Positions 60,333 through 64,000 of a DNA stretch of 64,000 nt are shown here, piece by piece. The notes below the pieces were generated by a model that made no database searches, was not told the origin of the DNA, and saw only the letters and a list, made by a program, of their open reading frames with translations. The stretch lies in the NCBI GenBank assembly GCA_010015805.1, contig ML978127.1:1736001-1800000 (forward strand). Reading direction: 5' to 3'. Source of the stretch: Rhizodiscina lignyota. Taxonomy: Eukaryota. Made by a program: the position numbers and the translations under genes. Numbering within the stretch: the stretch's first letter is position 1; every line of letters starts with the position of its first letter.

Positions 60333-62022
60333 CTAGAGCTCATCCCTCTTCTTCTTGCCAGCACCCACCTGCCTCAGCCTGAACATTCCTACGTCCCGAC
60401 CTTTCACATCCGCCCAAAGTGTGCCGCCCGGCTGTATCGTTCCAACTTTCGTGCCCATGAGGGCCTTCTCAGTGCTGCTCGGCAGTCCTGCGTATCCGCC
60501 GTTTGCCGTTGCATTCCACCTCGCGTCACTCGGGACCGTACCATTGCCGTTAATGATCGCATTTGCGGTGGCGTTGTCCATCCGGTTTGCCCAAAGGTCA
60601 TACACTTCCCACGACTCCTTGATCTGCGGGGCGCTTCCTTCTGGCCCAGAGTCAAAGAAGATCGTGGCCAAACTTGCGTTCATCCTCCGGTCTTGCGTGC
60701 CGGTGTTCGTGAACAACACAAGCTGGTCTCCATACTGTCCAGGTCCGTTCAACCCGCCAACCCACAGGGCAATTTCTCCCTGTCCGTACTTGTCCTGATC
60801 TGGCACGAAGTACCGCCAGCTGCGCTCCGCGCCACTGCCCTTGACATCCTGGCTGACAGACAGCACGGCAGTATTCTGCAGGATGCTCAACGTATTCGCA
60901 TCCATTTTACGCAGATCATTACCCATGATCATTGGGCTCTTCGCAGCGGCCCACACGCTCATCTGAATCTTATATTCGCTGTCCTGCATGCCTCCGTTGC
61001 CGATCTGCAACATGTCCATGTCATTCCAGTTTCCTGGACCGCCCTTCGATATGATCTGAGCGACCTTATTGACAACATTCATGACGGAGCAATAAAAGCC
61101 GCTCTCCGTGCACGTGAGGTAAGTGTATTCATCGCAGGGGCAGCGCGGGTCAGGGCGATCGAACATGTCAAAGACATCGCCTGCCATGCGCCACGAGTTG
61201 GCAACAGTGGAGCCCCAAACCCAGACGGCGTCGTCGCCCCTGCACAAGTACTCGTCAGCATTCTATCTCTTGCGCTCCTGTGAGCAGATTATATTACCAG
61301 TTGCACATCGAGTACAGTATTGGCCGACCGGTCGCGTTGAGAGCCCGTTGCATCACCTTGTATCGAGATGCGGTGGCTTGAGCGGTGCCCATTTGTCCGT
61401 CATTGTTGCAGTTGTCATATTTCAGATAATCGACCTGATTCTCGATTAGCATCACGCGTATGTCTCCACCAGCAACATAGATGAAACCTACACCCCAGCT
61501 GGCCCAGGTTTGTGCGTCAATCTCCTCGTGGCCCAAGCTACCCTCATAGCCACCACACGTGAAATTTCCTGCATCGGAGTAGATCCCCAACTTTAGACCC
61601 ATGGCGTGGACCTTACTTGCGACGTCCGCGATGCCGTTGGGAAATTTGGTGCTATTTGCTTGGAGATGGCCCGTTGAGTTGCGGCCAGCAGACCAGCAGT
61701 CTTATTTGATCAGCAGTTTGCACGATCAACACCGGGACTGGTTCTGAGCTCACCATCAATGATGACGTATTCGTAACCAAGGTCTTTGAAGCCCCATTTC
61801 ACAATGAGCTCGGCGGAGGAGAGAACGATATCTTCGGAGATGGCGCAACCGAAGGAATTCCACGTGTTCTAATTCTTGTCAGGAAATGTTCGAGGGCGCA
61901 GCGATCGAGCAAGAGCTTACCCAGCCCATCTGAGGAGTAATTGCGAGACCATTTCTTAATGCTAATACTGTGGTCAAGATTGAAGCTGCAATTAGCAGCG
62001 TGCGCATCAGATGAGGAGCCAT
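60333..62022 (-). CDS. GH27 alpha-galactosidase (489 aa); exons 62022-61921, 61868-61754, 61700-61492, 61434-61298, 61239-60333
   Basis: Signal peptide, then [61 protein letters not shown]. Ends KKKRDEL. Confidence 0.94.
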
Positions 62023-63923
62023 GACGAGTCGGACGCAACGTATACCCGAGAGGGTGCCAATTCGAAGGAAAAGCTCGTCGACCTGAGCATCCTCATGGTG
62101 AGTATATTCATTTTATAAGCTGATTTGCCTTGCGGGGTCGTAGGAGCTGTCGTAATAGCTATCGGCCGCTCGGTGCGCAATGCTCTGGAAAAATTGAGCT
62201 CGTAGCGACGATGAGCATGCACGGTCAGTAAATCTAATGCTACCATGGACGGATGTCCGGAGCTATGATGCAACGGAGAGCTCTCGAGTACATGGGTAGG
62301 AGCTCAGTATAGCCTGTACCTGCAGATCGTTGATGCGGGGAGGTTGCAATGTTCGGGGAAGTTGAAGAGCAAAAACCTGGAGAAGCGGCGGGATTTTCCT
62401 CATTGAGCGCAAGCAAAGTAACTACCTCTTGTAGACAATTTTCCGCGACAACGAGGCTCTTCGCAATATAATAGAGAGAAGACTGATGAGGAAGAATTGT
62501 TCCGATAATGGAGAAGGCGTAGAGCGGAAAATATGGGGCTATGATTGAGACGGTGCGAGAAAGTCATGAAGCTACGGAGTAGAAGCGGAGTCTAGTTGAA
62601 AAACAACAGGCGTGAGAACCGATTTCCAACAAGCCCGAATAGCCCTATTTTCTGTTGATCAAATTGCACTCCATACCGCTAACCTGGTGAATGGTCCAAA
62701 CCTCGAGATCAACCGACGGGTCGATGGAAGTTCGTTATTTACATACGGTTTGGTTGCTTGTCGCCCTTACATATTTTCTATCGCGAACAGACAAGTGCAG
62801 ATTATATAGAATATGCAAGTTCTTCGAAGCGGGCGACATCATGCTGAACACAGAGAACTCAATTGACAAATCGCAAAAAGACGATGATTCGAGAATCTAG
62901 CTGTGGTGCGTGGGACATAGAGACGGCAGTAATAAGGCCGTAGGTTGTCTGAGCTAATGTCGACAGGTGCAATTACACACGGAACACAAGACAATGGTAG
63001 ACTTGATTAGGTTGGTGACTCGAACGAGGAGTCTCCAGCCCGAAGCATACTGATAAGTGTGAACAGTTCGAGGAAATGGCCGCAAGAGCCTCAAAGCGTT
63101 GGCATCGCAACCGCCAGCCAGGGTCTGGGGGTCCAGCCACATGGCCGCACAGACCATGCTTTCATGTCCCTATCTTCTTCAGAACCGGAACCCACCCCCA
63201 GGTTTCACTTTCATAGCCGTCACAGCTCGAGCGCCGCGCTATGGACCAATATTTTGCATCCACGCCTGTCATGATCGGTGCTGCAGCAGGGTAGAGTCCC
63301 TGCAGCGGGCGGGTCGGCGAGAGGTGGGTTGTGATGCGGCTGTTGCTAGCCACTACAAATAATAATTGGGGTGGCAGCGTCGACACCCAACCACCACCAT
63401 GATTCGCTTTAAGAGACGCCGCGCACTTGCGCTGCATCTGTTTTCTTTACTTCCACACTATTCCTGACTTTGTGCTCACTCAACAATTTCTATCGCTGCA
63501 ATTGAGCCTTTCGCTAGCTTAACATCGGACGAGAGTCGCTGAGACCACCGCTATCAACTACAACCTTGTCAAGCGTACAACCAATTGTAAGTTTTATTCG
63601 CACGCCAACTTGATTGCAGCCCACTGACCGGATGCAAGGTTACTTGAAGAGTTCCATTACTATCGACTGATCCACCGCTAGACGAAACGCTCTTCGACCC
63701 ATCTAGCAACCCACTACAGCACCGCATCAATTGATCGCTCGTGGAACGCTCTGCTTCTTGCATAGAGAATCTCAGAGACACTTTAGAGCCACGACTCGTT
63801 CCCCTCGCAGCATATACAACCAGTGCTGTCCTTCTGGCACCGTAGCCGTCGCTCTCTTCCACGAAGCTACCCCCCGAGACCTCGCACCAAAGGCCTCGAC
63901 ATCCCAGTCCTCCCACCGCCACC

Positions 63924-64000
63924 ATGAAGCGCAATCTCGTCATCTTCGTCATCGTCCTCGTCCTCTTCATCGTCATCGCGCTCGTCGGCTACCTCATATT
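63924..64000 (+). CDS. Start of a membrane-anchored protein, truncated by window end
   Basis: Good context CCACCATG, then MKRNLVIFVIVLVLFIVIALVGYLI (basic residues followed by a hydrophobic helix). Confidence 0.5.
   Translation, partial: MKRNLVIFVIVLVLFIVIALVGYLI

Noticed and set aside
3639..61491. Eight stop-free introns with lengths divisible by three (3639, 8294, 9342, 34211, 50774, 56234, 56376, 61435) as a systematic intron-retention programme
   Set aside because: Out of roughly 40 short introns this is not clearly above chance, and the ORF track makes such introns easier to notice.
62340..62900. Stop-interrupted coding-like sequence as a pseudogene relic (similar stretches at about 25050-25590 and 33680-33955)
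   Set aside because: No recognisable family motif; cannot be supported without a translated homology search.

Overview
Gene-dense, intron-containing eukaryotic DNA from a filamentous ascomycete (Pezizomycotina; short GT-AG introns with CTRAY branch points). About 24 protein-coding loci. Recognisable conserved genes: COQ5, an ARO8-like aminotransferase, NSE2/MMS21, a PPC89/Cep57-type spindle-pole-body protein, SCP160/vigilin, EGD1 (NAC beta) and TIM17. Others: GH2 beta-mannosidase, GH27 alpha-galactosidase, MRJP/yellow protein, an HSL-type esterase, an MDR enoyl-reductase-like enzyme, a Zn2Cys6 regulator, a CorA-like protein and several orphans. No tRNA, rRNA, CRISPR array or intact transposon was recognised. 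Most notable observations: (1) EGD1 yields its conserved RIGGKG motif only if a single-nucleotide exon (G at 47030) between two complete introns is included; (2) a decaying block at about 34-38.5 kb holds a dynamin-family GTPase pseudogene, a frameshifted neighbour and a degenerate triple repeat; (3) a ~1,230-aa multi-module secretory precursor has an acidic repeat linker and a Kex2-like site; (4) a ~1,690-aa coiled-coil protein has synaptonemal transverse-filament-like architecture; (5) telomere-repeat/palindrome elements lie in two divergent promoters; (6) the alpha-galactosidase ends in RDEL. All splice models were built by eye, and family calls come from motif recognition, not database searches.
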